Assembly (NCBI GenBank): GCA_037130925.1
Contig: JBAXSC010000004.1
Location: 4,156 to 68,155, forward strand
Origin: Candidatus Nomurabacteria bacterium
GTDB lineage: Bacteria > Patescibacteriota > Minisyncoccia > Phycocordibacterales > UBA5272
Direction: 5' to 3'
Length of the DNA: 64,000 nt
Positions 9,841 to 18,670 of the stretch are shown piece after piece; position 1 is the first letter of the stretch; every line of letters begins with the position of its first letter. The position numbers and the translations under genes are program-made. The notes below the pieces were generated by a model, which had not been told where the DNA came from, ran no database searches, and saw only the letters and a program-made list of their open reading frames with translations.

Positions 9841-9906
9841 CACTATCAGACCACAAATAATATTTATGAGCTGAATAATGAAAAGGAAGATTTCTCTTCC
9901 TTTTTT
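9841..9906 (-). repeat. Repeat module copy A (truncated) plus hairpin
   Basis: cactatcagaccacaaata-atatttatgagctgaataatg matches copies B and C. It is followed by an AGGAAGA-tttc-TCTTCCT hairpin. Confidence 0.7.
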
Positions 9907-9914
9907 AAATTCAA

Positions 9915-10205
9915 TTAACTGGAACCACAGGCTTTTAATAATTCATCCCTATAATCAATAAATTTTTGCATATCCTCTTTTTCACTTTCTTCATAACAAA
10001 CTTTTACAGGAAGAATTTCTTTTGCTTTCTTTGAAAAATCTTCTAGTTTTTTCTTACTTAAAATTTGTCCGACCTTACCCTCTTCGAATATTGCATCAAC
10101 TTTTGCAGGATCATTACTTTTAACCATTTCATATAATACGGTAATAGCAAATTTTTTTACCGCTTCTTTCCTAATTAAATTTCTAAAAGTTGCCACTTTT
10201 CTCAT
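9915..10205 (-). CDS. Hypothetical small protein (cassette ORF 1)
   Basis: ORF with an ATG at 10205 (MRKVATFRNLIRK...). The track start at 10229 is a TTG inside the repeat module. Confidence 0.5.
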   Translation of the reverse strand: MRKVATFRNLIRKEAVKKFAITVLYEMVKSNDPAKVDAIFEEGKVGQILSKKKLEDFSKKAKEILPVKVCYEESEKEDMQKFIDYRDELLKACGSS

Positions 10206-10219
10206 TTTCTTTGATTTTA

Positions 10220-10319
10220 TAATGAACAAATATTTTTATCACAATCAGACCACAAATTATTTTTAAATTTATGAGCTGAATAATGTGGACGATTTTAATT
10301 TTAGGCTCGTCCATTTTTT
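10220..10319 (-). repeat. Repeat module copy B (promoter-like) plus hairpin
   Basis: About 66 bp is nearly identical to copy C. On the minus strand it reads TTGTGA-17 nt-TATAAA, ending 10 nt before the ORF 1 ATG. Upstream of it is a GGACGA...TCGTCC hairpin. Confidence 0.7.
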
Positions 10320-10361
10320 CCTATCAGTTATTTAAAGCTTTACTGACACATCTGTGACGTC

Positions 10362-10670
10362 TTATTTTTTTCTTTGTTTTAATTCCTCCACTTTTTCACA
10401 AAACTCATACACATCCCCATCAACAGAAATAGCGTTATTAATCCAAAAACCAAAAGATATTTTTGATTTTTTAAAATCACAACCATTTCCATTCTTCTTT
10501 AATTCTTCCACTTGTGTACTAGTAAAATTACGACCTTTTGCTATTCTTGTAAGAATTCTTTTCAAAATAGCAGTTTCATAATTTTCATTTTCTATAAAAA
10601 AGTTTTTTACCGGACAAGATTGTTCCCATGATTCATGTCGAACAATTTTTAAAAGATAACCTCTTTTCAT
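10362..10670 (-). CDS. Hypothetical small protein (cassette ORF 2)
   Basis: ORF with an ATG at 10670 (MKRGYLLKIVRHESW...). No recognisable similarity to ORF 1. Confidence 0.5.
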   Translation of the reverse strand: MKRGYLLKIVRHESWEQSCPVKNFFIENENYETAILKRILTRIAKGRNFTSTQVEELKKNGNGCDFKKSKISFGFWINNAISVDGDVYEFCEKVEELKQRKK

Positions 10671-10682
10671 ATACAAACCTTA

Positions 10683-10780
10683 ATAATGAACAAATATTTT
10701 TATCACTATCAATCCACAAATTATTTTTAAATTTATGAACTGAATAATGAGGGCAAACTTAGACAAGTTCGCCCGTTTTA
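10683..10780 (-). repeat. Repeat module copy C (promoter-like) plus hairpin
   Basis: taatgaacaaatatttttatcactatcaatccacaaattatttttaaatttatgaactgaataatg, followed by a GGGCAAACTT-agac-AAGTTCGCCC hairpin. Confidence 0.7.
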
Positions 10781-10809
10781 ATCACATTTAAAATTACCCT
10801 TATAAGAAA

Positions 10810-10977
10810 TTATCGACTACCGTTTCCCATTGGCGTCATTATAATCGTCTTTCTTTCAAAGAACTTTTGCTGAGGTGAAAAGTTTTTCTTAGGAGACCCG
10901 TCAAATCTATATCCCGAATCAGTAAGAAGTTTGTTTGCTAATGCATAGACTTCTGCTTTAGTAAGTTTCTTTCCCAT
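10810..10977 (-). CDS. Unlisted small ORF (55 aa), hypothetical
   Basis: Hand translation gives MGKKLTKAEVYALANKLLTDSGYRFDGSPKKNFSPQQKFFERKTIIMTPMGNGSR, ending in TAA. It is below the apparent size cut-off of the ORF track and is followed by hairpin C. Confidence 0.35.
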   Translation of the reverse strand: MGKKLTKAEVYALANKLLTDSGYRFDGSPKKNFSPQQKFFERKTIIMTPMGNGSR

Positions 10978-11096
10978 AATTTAATTAATTAAAATTATTA
11001 TTATTTTTAAACCTAAGTAATAATATCACTCATATTTTTAAAAAAGTAAAAAATATGACAATTTGTAAATACTTTTGTAAAATATTAATAAAATGA

Positions 11097-11126
11097 TTGA
11101 CAAATAATAGATAAAAAGTGTAAAAT
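11097..11126 (+). promoter_or_regulatory. Sigma70-type promoter
   Basis: TTGACA (11097-11102), an 18-nt spacer that includes TG, then TAAAAT (11121-11126), 24 nt before the ATG at 11150. Confidence 0.6.
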
Positions 11127-11149
11127 ATAATTACAATTAATATAAAAAT

Positions 11150-11869
11150 ATGAAATATAAGGCCGCTTTAATGAAAATAGGAATGAAAGATGACGAAGCT
11201 ATAGTATATGAAACATTGCTAGAAGAAGGAGAATCTAATATTCTAAACCTGTCTTATAAAACAAATATAAATAGGCCTGCACTTTATATTCTTATACCAA
11301 AAATGATAAAAAAGGATTTAATAGTAGAAATTAAAAAGAATAAAAGAATACTTTATTCAGCAGTATCACCAGACAAATTAGATACTTTAGTTAAAAATTC
11401 ACAAAAAGATCTAGAAAATATAATAAATAATTTGAATACAGAATATTCTAAAAAGAACATAATACCGAAAATAGAAGTCTATTATGGTGAAGATGGAATA
11501 AAAAGAATATTCTTAGATATTTTAACTTCTGTTAAAAAAGAATCAGAAATATTAAGATATAGTTCTGTGTTAGAATTTAAAAAAGATTATAGACCAAAAG
11601 ATTTTGGAAAAAACTTAAGAGATAAAAAAGTTGAGACTTTGGTTATAACTAATACAGAAATCAAAGAAAAAAATGATATAAAAAATAACTTATATACAAT
11701 GGTTAAAACTCTTGATAATTATATAAATGTAAACAATGTATCAAAAACTATATATGAAAATAAAATAGCTCATATAGACTATGAAAATGAAGTTGGATTT
11801 ATTATGTATAATGAAAAAATAACAAAAATGGAAAAAGAAATTTTTATGAGTTTGTGGAGAAAAATATAA
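11150..11869 (+). CDS. TrmB-like winged-helix transcriptional regulator (putative)
   Basis: The N-terminus LMKIGMKDDEAIVYETLLEEGESNILNLSYKTNINRPALYILIPKMIKKDLI resembles the TrmB-family HTH. Confidence 0.5.
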   Translation: MKYKAALMKIGMKDDEAIVYETLLEEGESNILNLSYKTNINRPALYILIPKMIKKDLIVEIKKNKRILYSAVSPDKLDTLVKNSQKDLENIINNLNTEYSKKNIIPKIEVYYGEDGIKRIFLDILTSVKKESEILRYSSVLEFKKDYRPKDFGKNLRDKKVETLVITNTEIKEKNDIKNNLYTMVKTLDNYINVNNVSKTIYENKIAHIDYENEVGFIMYNEKITKMEKEIFMSLWRKI

Positions 11870-11895
11870 TAAATCTAGTTTAAAAATAAACAATT

Positions 11896-11927
11896 AAAAA
11901 ACCGAAGAATAAATTCTTAGGTTTTTT
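11896..11927. terminator. Bidirectional terminator between convergent genes
   Basis: AAAAACCGAAGAAT-aaa-TTCTTAGGTTTTTT. Confidence 0.7.
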
Positions 11928-11932
11928 AATTG

Positions 11933-12442
11933 TTAAGCCGCTTTTCCTATATCATCATTTTTATCTAAGTTTTCTATTTTTTCTATTTGTTGTGTCTGAC
12001 TATCTGCAGATTCTTTTTTATTTTCATCTTTATTTAAAAATCTAAATCCTAATCTACCTGACATGTTTTTGGCTGAAAATGTTTTTTCAATACCATTTAT
12101 TAAACTTGAAGAATTTTTATTTAAATAAGCACCACATATCTCACATTTACAATCATCCAAATGTCCTAAATTTACAAGATACTGTTCTGCTTCATTCCTT
12201 AAAAATCCACCAGTTGTCCAATAAATTTCATTTAAGTCCTCTACTGAATTCTTATATTTTTTTATAATATAAGTTTTCATTTCATTTACAATTTTACTAT
12301 CAAAACCAAATTCTTTTCCTGCTTTTTTATACAAAAGAATTTCATCTTTTATATTATTTAACGATTCTAATTCTTTTATGTATCCATTTAGCTCTTTTTC
12401 TACTGTTTGTTTTTTATTATTAAAAGATTCTCCAAATTTCAT
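11933..12442 (-). CDS. Hypothetical protein
   Basis: 169-aa ORF with a CKCEIC cysteine cluster. Confidence 0.4.
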   Translation of the reverse strand: MKFGESFNNKKQTVEKELNGYIKELESLNNIKDEILLYKKAGKEFGFDSKIVNEMKTYIIKKYKNSVEDLNEIYWTTGGFLRNEAEQYLVNLGHLDDCKCEICGAYLNKNSSSLINGIEKTFSAKNMSGRLGFRFLNKDENKKESADSQTQQIEKIENLDKNDDIGKAA

Positions 12443-12470
12443 ATATTTATATTATTATAAATTAATTATA

Positions 12471-13199
12471 CTACTTTTGGTCAATAATTTTAAAACTTCC
12501 AACTACTGCCGCAGTTTCAGCTCTTAAAGTATTTTTACCAAATGAAACGATCTTTAGATCATAATCTTTAAACATTTTTCTTTCATTTTCTGTCCAACCA
12601 CCTTCTGGTCCAATAAACAAGTAAAAATCATCTTTTATATCTAAATTATTTGTTGTGAAACTTTCTTCAGAAATATCACAAATCAAGATTTTACTTAATT
12701 TACCCTCTCTTTTAAAGTCTTTAAACATATTTTCGAGCTTTATAGGCTCACAAATAGTCGGAATATTCCCCCATCCAGATTGCTCAACACTTTCTATTAT
12801 TATTTTTTGGACTCTTTCTAGATTAAAACTAGCTATATTTTTCTTTTCTACCCTTTCAGATATCAGAGGAATATAATTTAAAACCCCTATTTCTGTACAT
12901 TTTTCTAAAATCAAATCTAAATTATCTTTTTTAATTAAAGATACACATAAATTTAAATTTCTTTTTTCTAATTTTTGATCTAAAGAAGCTACACTTTCTA
13001 TTAATTTTAATTTCACAAAACTCTTACTAATAGATTCTATTCTAAAAACAAAGTCTAATAATTTTTCATCATTAAACAAAACCAGACTTTCGCCTGTTTT
13101 AAATTTTAAAACATTATTCCATTGATGGAGTAATTGTTTTTCTTTTATTTCCATCTCTTCACCAAGAGGTTGTTTTACAAAAAATCTATGCAACTTCAT
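12471..13199 (-). CDS. rsmE: 16S rRNA (uracil1498-N3)-methyltransferase RsmE
   Basis: Starts MKLHRFFV, the typical RsmE N-terminus. C-terminal motifs GPEGGWTENE and LRAETAAV. The track start at 13250 is probably too far upstream. Confidence 0.8.
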   Translation of the reverse strand: MKLHRFFVKQPLGEEMEIKEKQLLHQWNNVLKFKTGESLVLFNDEKLLDFVFRIESISKSFVKLKLIESVASLDQKLEKRNLNLCVSLIKKDNLDLILEKCTEIGVLNYIPLISERVEKKNIASFNLERVQKIIIESVEQSGWGNIPTICEPIKLENMFKDFKREGKLSKILICDISEESFTTNNLDIKDDFYLFIGPEGGWTENERKMFKDYDLKIVSFGKNTLRAETAAVVGSFKIIDQK

Positions 13200-13369
13200 A
13201 AGTATGATATGAATTGCTATAACTTTATACAATTCAAAGAGACATTGCAAATAATTAAAAAGACAATATTTATCAAGCTCTTTTTTGAATTTAAAAATAC
13301 AAAATTATAAAAGACAAAAATAAAATATTAATAAAGGACAGTTATCCACAGTTATTATTAGTTAAACAG

Positions 13370-13397
13370 TTGCAAATATTATTATGTCGTTTATAAT
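13370..13397 (+). promoter_or_regulatory. Near-consensus sigma70 promoter of an orphan RNA unit
   Basis: TTGCAA (13370-13375), a 16-nt spacer, then TATAAT (13392-13397). Confidence 0.6.
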
Positions 13398-13403
13398 ACA
13401 TAC

Positions 13404-13786
13404 AGGGTGAGCAGTGACATACAAAGCTTCACCCAGCTTATGGGTATACAAATAAAGTATTCGTCAGCTGGACTCGCCAAACAGATCTTTTAAAAAAAAT
13501 AAAATAAATAATAGCACCCAAACTTATATTTTACTTCATCTTTTCAATAATTTTAGATGAAGTAACTAATTTTTGTCCTTTTATGTGAAAAATAAATCAA
13601 AAGGACAAACTCAAATACTAGAGGATGATACCTCATTAAAAACAATCAATGTGTTTCGTTTTCGTGTCCAGCGAATTGTATTTAAAGATACAGCTCGCTG
13701 GACATGAGAAGACTCCTAAAAGCTTCCCAATCATGTCTAGCGTCAGGTAGAGCACTGCTCCCGGCTATATTTATGGGGAGTTTTTT
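13404..13786 (+). ncRNA. Unclassified structured RNA candidate (~380 nt)
   Basis: Promoter upstream and an intrinsic terminator (CTCCC-N13-GGGAG-T6, 13758-13786). No ORF of 60 aa or more. Perfect stems at 13532-13564 (9 bp), 13573-13608 (10 bp) and 13666-13703 (9 bp). A possible closing helix pairs GAGCAGTG (13409-13416) with CACTGCTC (13753-13760). Confidence 0.5.
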
Positions 13787-13825
13787 ATTTGTCTAAACAT
13801 ACAAATATATAATATATAAAATAAT

Positions 13826-13861
13826 AAAAGGCTTACACGTGTAACACGGTAAGCCTTTTTT
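13826..13861. terminator. Bidirectional terminator
   Basis: AAAAGGCTTAC...GTAAGCCTTTTT. The loop contains the palindrome TTACACGTGTAA. Confidence 0.7.
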
Positions 13862-13880
13862 AATTGTCTTAACTATACGT

Positions 13881-14426
13881 TTAATCATCATCTACTTCAA
13901 AAGTCCAATTAATCAAAAGTTTCTTAACTTGATCAGATAATTCCCGACTTAAATCTATCGGGATCCTTAATTTAACTAAATCGTTATTTAAATGCTTAGT
14001 TATTTCTTCTACATTTTCATTACTTAAAATATCATAATATATTTTAGCGTCATTATTTATTGATACAGGCAATTCTTTTTTATAAAGAAAGTATAATTCC
14101 TTATAACGTACAATGAAATTTAATCTATAAACAGTAATAAAAGAGGAAAAACAAGTAAAAACCAAAGAAAAAGATGATCCAAAAATTTTAACTAAAAGAT
14201 TTACTTCTTTAACGGGAATCACAGAACCGAGAATATAAACATTAAGACAAATTGATATTCCGATAAGAATAAAACATATAATTAGAGGTGGAGGAACATT
14301 AGCTGTCCTTAAAACATCTAATATATCCTTCTTTTCCAACATAGAAATACCATTTAAACTTTCCATCTTTTGAGAAATAGACTCAAATTCTTTTGATTTA
14401 AATCTAAAAAAATTAACTTTTTTCAT
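13881..14426 (-). CDS. Hypothetical membrane protein
   Basis: ORF with an ATG at 14426 (MKKVNFF...) and two or three TM helices. Confidence 0.45.
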   Translation of the reverse strand: MKKVNFFRFKSKEFESISQKMESLNGISMLEKKDILDVLRTANVPPPLIICFILIGISICLNVYILGSVIPVKEVNLLVKIFGSSFSLVFTCFSSFITVYRLNFIVRYKELYFLYKKELPVSINNDAKIYYDILSNENVEEITKHLNNDLVKLRIPIDLSRELSDQVKKLLINWTFEVDDD

Positions 14427-14701
14427 AACGAACAATTTTATTTTTTAATAAAAAATAAGGTGACTTTTACAGAAAAATCACACAACTGAATAAATACTAT
14501 CATTTATATAAGATATGTCAAGTTGTATTTTTTTTAAAAATAGCATTATAATATATAGGTATTCTTAAAATTAATTTTTGAAACTAAAAAAGATTAAAAA
14601 GTTAATTAAAGAATGTGCACATGATTAACAAAATAATATTAAAGATAATCCTAGGAATTTTATCTTATAAATATTTTCAATATATTAAACAAAACAAAAC
14701 T

Positions 14702-14974
14702 ATGAACAAAGTAGCCCTAGCAGAAGAAATTAATAAAGTATTAAACACATCAAAAGCAGAAGCTGAGAGAGTTGTTGAGGCTTTATTTGATTCAATTATT
14801 CACGCTCTTAAAAAAGGAGAAGAAGTGTCCGTAGCTGGATTTGGTAAATTTTCTATCAAAGACAGAAAAGCTCGTGATGCTAGAAATCCAAAGACTGGTG
14901 AAACTGTTAAAGTTCCAGCATCAAAAGCTGTAAAATTCTCAGTAGCAAAAGCTCTTAAAGAGGCTGTAAAATAA
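14702..14974 (+). CDS. hup: HU-family DNA-binding protein
   Basis: MNKVALAEEINK...GFGKFSIKDRKARDARNPKTGETVKVPASKAVKFS is a canonical HU arm. The track ORF start at 14615 is too far upstream. Confidence 0.9.
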   Translation: MNKVALAEEINKVLNTSKAEAERVVEALFDSIIHALKKGEEVSVAGFGKFSIKDRKARDARNPKTGETVKVPASKAVKFSVAKALKEAVK

Positions 14975-15004
14975 TTTAATTTTTAATTAAGTTATCAACA
15001 AAAA

Positions 15005-15031
15005 ATCGATCATAACCTGATCGGTTTTTTG
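15005..15031 (+). terminator. Rho-independent terminator
   Basis: ATCGATCA-taacc-TGATCGGT followed by TTTTTTGTTTT. Confidence 0.75.
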
Positions 15032-15164
15032 TTTTATATTTTTATACAATTGTGATATATTACCGAAATACTGAAAGGCTTTTATTAGGAGAAATACAGA
15101 AAATCTGACTTTATAAATCTTGTGAAACTTAACAACGTTTGAAAAACAATTAACTATTTATTTT

Positions 15165-15749
15165 ATGCTTATACCAACAGTGTTAGAAAAAACTCAAAAT
15201 GGTGAGCGTGCTTATGACATCTACTCTCGCCTATTAAAAGAAAGAATTATATTCCTTTGTGACGTAGTAGATCATCAGACAGCTTCTATTACAATTGCTC
15301 AGCTTTTATTCTTGGAAGCAGAAGACCCTAAAAAAGATATTATTCTTTATATTAATTCTCCAGGAGGAGATATAAGTTCTGGAATGGGAATTATAGATAC
15401 AATGAATCATTTAAAATGTGATGTTTCTACAGTTTGTGTAGGACTCGCAGCTTCAATGGGAGCAATGATTTTATCTCAAGGAACAAAAGGGAAAAGATTT
15501 GTTCTTCCAAATTCTGAAGTGATGATACATCAACCTTTATCTGGTATAGAAGGACAAGCTTCTGATATTGAAATAACTGCTAAAAATATTTTAAGACATA
15601 AAGATAACTTAGCGAATATGCTTGCAAAATCTTGTGGAAAAACAAAAGAGCAACTTATAAAAGATATGGATAGAAATTATTGGATGAGTGCTGATGAGGC
15701 AAAGAAATACGGTATCGTCGATGATATCTTGAAACCAAAGAAAAAATAA
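15165..15749 (+). CDS. clpP: ATP-dependent Clp protease proteolytic subunit
   Basis: [20 protein letters not shown] (catalytic Ser) and MIHQP (catalytic His). Confidence 0.95.
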   Translation: MLIPTVLEKTQNGERAYDIYSRLLKERIIFLCDVVDHQTASITIAQLLFLEAEDPKKDIILYINSPGGDISSGMGIIDTMNHLKCDVSTVCVGLAASMGAMILSQGTKGKRFVLPNSEVMIHQPLSGIEGQASDIEITAKNILRHKDNLANMLAKSCGKTKEQLIKDMDRNYWMSADEAKKYGIVDDILKPKKK

Positions 15750-15758
15750 ATTAAAAAC

Positions 15759-17246
15759 ATGGAACTAACCATTTATACAGTTCTTGCTGGATCAGCAGGA
15801 TTAGCTGTAGGATATTTTGGTAGACATTATATAGCTCTATTAAAAAAGAATTCTATTGAAAATCAATTAGAAGAAAGAATACTTACAGCAAAAAAAGAAG
15901 CAAAGAAAATAGAAGAAGACGCTTTAAAATTTTCAGAAGAGGTAAAACAAAGACTTGATAAAAACGAATCTAGACTTGATAAAAAAGAAGACGAATTAGA
16001 ATCAAGGGAAGAAGCGATAAAAGTTGAAAAAGAAAAACTTTTTACTGCCGCAGAAGAAATAAAACAAATAAAAGAAAGAGTTAATAAAAAAGAACAAAGC
16101 ATAGACAGTCAGATAGAAAAAATAGCATCATTAACAAAAGAAGAAGCAAAGCACCTTGTCATAGCAAAAACTGAAAAAGAATCCACAGAAGATTTACAAT
16201 CTCGCCTGCTAAAGCTTTCTCGTGACGGAGAACAAAAACTAGAATCAAAAGCGAGAGATATTTTAATTAATACTATTTATAGAATAGGAAACTCAAATAT
16301 TACAGAGTTTATGACTAGTATAGTAGAAATTCCAGATGAAGAAACAAAAGGAAAAATAATTGGTAAAGAAGGAAGAAATATTAAAGCATTCGAAAGAGCA
16401 AGTGGTGTTGAAGTTTTAGTAGATGAAATACCAAATGCAGTAGTGATTTCTTGTTTTGATCCAGTAAGAAGAGCTATAGCAAAAAACGCTTTAGAAATGT
16501 TAATAAAAGATGGACGTATTCAGCCAGTAAAAATAGAAGACTTCCTAGAAAAAGCTAAAAAGGAAATAGGAACTTTTATGAGAAAAAAAGGAGAAGAAGC
16601 TGTTATGGAATGTAATTTACTTTCTATACCAGACGAAATACTTCCAATATTAGGCCGTCTTTACTTTAGAACAAGCTTTGGTCAGAATGTGTTAGACCAT
16701 TCGATAGAAACAGCTCACATAGCCGGAATATTAGCTCAAGAGCTCGGTACAGATGTGAATGTGGCTAAAACAGGAGCATTGTTACACGACATAGGAAAAG
16801 CTGTAGATCATGAAATAGAAGGAACACATGTTGAGATAGGAAGAAGAATATTAATGAAATACGGAGTAGATGGAAAAGTCATCTTAGCAATGCAAGCCCA
16901 TCATGAAGAATACCCTTATGAAACACTAGAATCTATAATAGTTCAAGTGGCAGACAAGATATCAGGAGGAAGACCAGGAGCAAGAAGAGATTCTGTTGAA
17001 AACTATATTAAAAGATTAAATGATTTAGAAAAAATAGCTTTGAGTTTCATAGGAATAGACAAGGTCTATGCCTTACAAGCAGGAAGAGAAGTTAGAGTAT
17101 TTGTAGAGCCGAAACTTATAAATGATTTAGAAGCAATACAGCTAGCTCGCAATATAGCAATAAAGATAGAAACAGAGATTAAATATCCAGGGGAAATAAA
17201 GATTAATGTTATAAGAGAGAGCCGTGTAATAGAATTCGCTAGATAG
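15759..17246 (+). CDS. rny: Ribonuclease Y
   Basis: N-terminal TM helix, a coiled coil, a KH domain (GKIIGKEGRNIKAFE) and an HD domain (LLHDIGKA...HH). Confidence 0.9.
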   Translation: MELTIYTVLAGSAGLAVGYFGRHYIALLKKNSIENQLEERILTAKKEAKKIEEDALKFSEEVKQRLDKNESRLDKKEDELESREEAIKVEKEKLFTAAEEIKQIKERVNKKEQSIDSQIEKIASLTKEEAKHLVIAKTEKESTEDLQSRLLKLSRDGEQKLESKARDILINTIYRIGNSNITEFMTSIVEIPDEETKGKIIGKEGRNIKAFERASGVEVLVDEIPNAVVISCFDPVRRAIAKNALEMLIKDGRIQPVKIEDFLEKAKKEIGTFMRKKGEEAVMECNLLSIPDEILPILGRLYFRTSFGQNVLDHSIETAHIAGILAQELGTDVNVAKTGALLHDIGKAVDHEIEGTHVEIGRRILMKYGVDGKVILAMQAHHEEYPYETLESIIVQVADKISGGRPGARRDSVENYIKRLNDLEKIALSFIGIDKVYALQAGREVRVFVEPKLINDLEAIQLARNIAIKIETEIKYPGEIKINVIRESRVIEFAR

Positions 17247-17316
17247 GTTAAGTTTTTGTTAAGTTTGTTAAAAACAAGATTTTACAAATCTTGTTTTTTT
17301 GTTATATTAAATTCAA

Positions 17317-17850
17317 ATGAAAACTAACTTTCAAACATTTTTAATAGCTTCTTTAGTCGTGTGTCTAACAACACTTTCTTTTACTTTTGCCCAAAATGAC
17401 ACAAATACTTCTTCAAGCACTGTTAATTCGACATCTTCTCAAGTAGATATCGCCTTCCCTGTTCAAAAAGACGATTTTCTATTATTTTATGGACTAACAA
17501 AAGATGATACTACAAATGCTAAAATTAGCGACCTTAGAAAGGATTTTGCTTCTAAATTTGGTGATTTAAAAGACCAATATCAAAAGTCTTTTACTGAAAT
17601 TACTGGAGATAAAGAAGTTTCATTCTATTCAGCCTCAACAAGCATTAAAGAAATTAAATCAACTGTTTCAAAGGTAACAAAATCAGTAAAAAGTTTAAAA
17701 GTTGATGACACAGTTAAAAAATACATAATAAACAGTGATCAGCCAGCAGATGTCATAACTCCAGTAGTAAATCTAATAAACAATCAGTCACTTATACATA
17801 CAGAAAACAGTTCTTGGTTCCAAAAAGTAAAAACATTTTTTAACTGGTAA
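17317..17850 (+). CDS. Secreted hypothetical protein
   Basis: Signal peptide MKTNFQTFLIASLVVCLTTLSFTFAQ. Confidence 0.5.
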   Translation: MKTNFQTFLIASLVVCLTTLSFTFAQNDTNTSSSTVNSTSSQVDIAFPVQKDDFLLFYGLTKDDTTNAKISDLRKDFASKFGDLKDQYQKSFTEITGDKEVSFYSASTSIKEIKSTVSKVTKSVKSLKVDDTVKKYIINSDQPADVITPVVNLINNQSLIHTENSSWFQKVKTFFNW

Positions 17851-17862
17851 CAAATAAGTAAA

Positions 17863-17899
17863 AGTCCCTATAATTCAATGAGTTATAGGGACTTTTACT
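17863..17899 (+). terminator. Rho-independent terminator
   Basis: AGTCCCTATAA...TTATAGGGACT followed by TTTACTTT. Confidence 0.7.
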
Positions 17900-17902
17900 T
17901 TG

Positions 17903-17973
17903 TGCGGCGTAGGAGAATCGAACTCCTGTCTCATCCTTGGCAAGGACGTGTTCTACCACTAAACCAACACCGC
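17903..17973 (-). tRNA. tRNA-Gly (GCC)
   Basis: The hand-folded cloverleaf has an anticodon loop ttGCCaa and a T-loop GTTCGATTC. No CCA is encoded. Confidence 0.9.
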
Positions 17974-18414
17974 AATAATGTTTATTATTTTAACATAAAA
18001 CTTTATTTTTACAAAAAATAATTAAAATTAATTATCAATCCCCTATTTTACCATCTTTTAATACTTTTAATAAAATGAATACACTTTTTATATTTATAAA
18101 ACAAATAAATATATAGATATTACTAAAGTTTAAAGATAATATTATTTGTCATAAAAGACTGAAAACTGAGTAAAACGACAAGGGTAACAAGTTTATAAAA
18201 GTCAAAAAAGTGGACAACTAAGTGTATATGTGTATAAACCGACACCAAAAAAGGTCTTTTACACAGTTTTGTCGATTTAAAACAAGCCTTATTTTTCAAA
18301 GTAATATTTTTATGCTTAATAAATAACCCTTATTTTATAATGACTTTTTAATAATGTCTTTTATTTTACACAGAGATATCCACTTATTTGCCGCTAATTA
18401 TCAACTAAATTATA

Positions 18415-18670
18415 CAATTAGTTTCACGTGAAACTAATTGTACTCGCCCCAAATAAAAGTGTTAGCAAATAAACATAAAAACTATCGTTTCTTGTGAAAG
18501 AAGACTATAAGCATTTCAACCTTGATATTTATTAACTAGCCTGTTACACATGAAATAAATACACAACTTACTAATCTTACAGAGACTTTAAATAGGCCTG
18601 TTTCTTGTGAAAACAATCGATCTTTCAAATACAGACTTTTATGATAAATAACAAATATTTCATGTGTAAC
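18415..18670. repeat. Array of five phased palindromic boxes (consensus TTTCAYGTGAAA)
   Basis: Box 1 is a perfect 26-bp palindrome, CAATTAGTTTCACGTGAAACTAATTG (18415-18440). The others are GTTTCTTGTGAAA (18487-18499), GTTACACATGAAA (18543-18555), GTTTCTTGTGAAA (18600-18612) and an inverted TTTCATGTGTAAC (18658-18670). Centre-to-centre spacing is about 56-66 bp. Confidence 0.7.

Noticed and set aside
13404-13786. Calling the orphan RNA tmRNA, SRP RNA or 6S RNA
   Set aside because: I found no GTTCRA T-loop or CCA-proximal acceptor mimic, no plausible Ala-rich tag ORF and no GGAAGCAGC/GNRA helix-8 signature. The length does not fit 6S RNA. It is left unclassified.
15118-15127. TCTTGTGAAA upstream of clpP as a sixth member of the palindrome-box regulon
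   Set aside because: A single 10-nt match has a chance expectation of roughly 0.3 in this window by my rough composition estimate. It is noted under the island finding and not called as a feature.
15863-16102. Antisense or overlapping short ORFs inside well-supported genes. Examples are 15863-16102, 22472-22768, 27136-27468, 39391-39750, 39809-40057, 43854-44144, 49028-49456 and 51615-51944.
   Set aside because: They lie entirely within strongly motif-supported genes on the opposite strand or in another frame. They have Phe/Leu/Ser-rich low-complexity composition, as expected from reading AT-rich Lys/Glu-coding DNA backwards.
18415-18670. CRISPR array
   Set aside because: The repeats are only about 12-15 bp, degenerate and individually palindromic, and one copy is inverted. 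No cas genes are nearby. They behave like protein-binding boxes, not CRISPR repeats.
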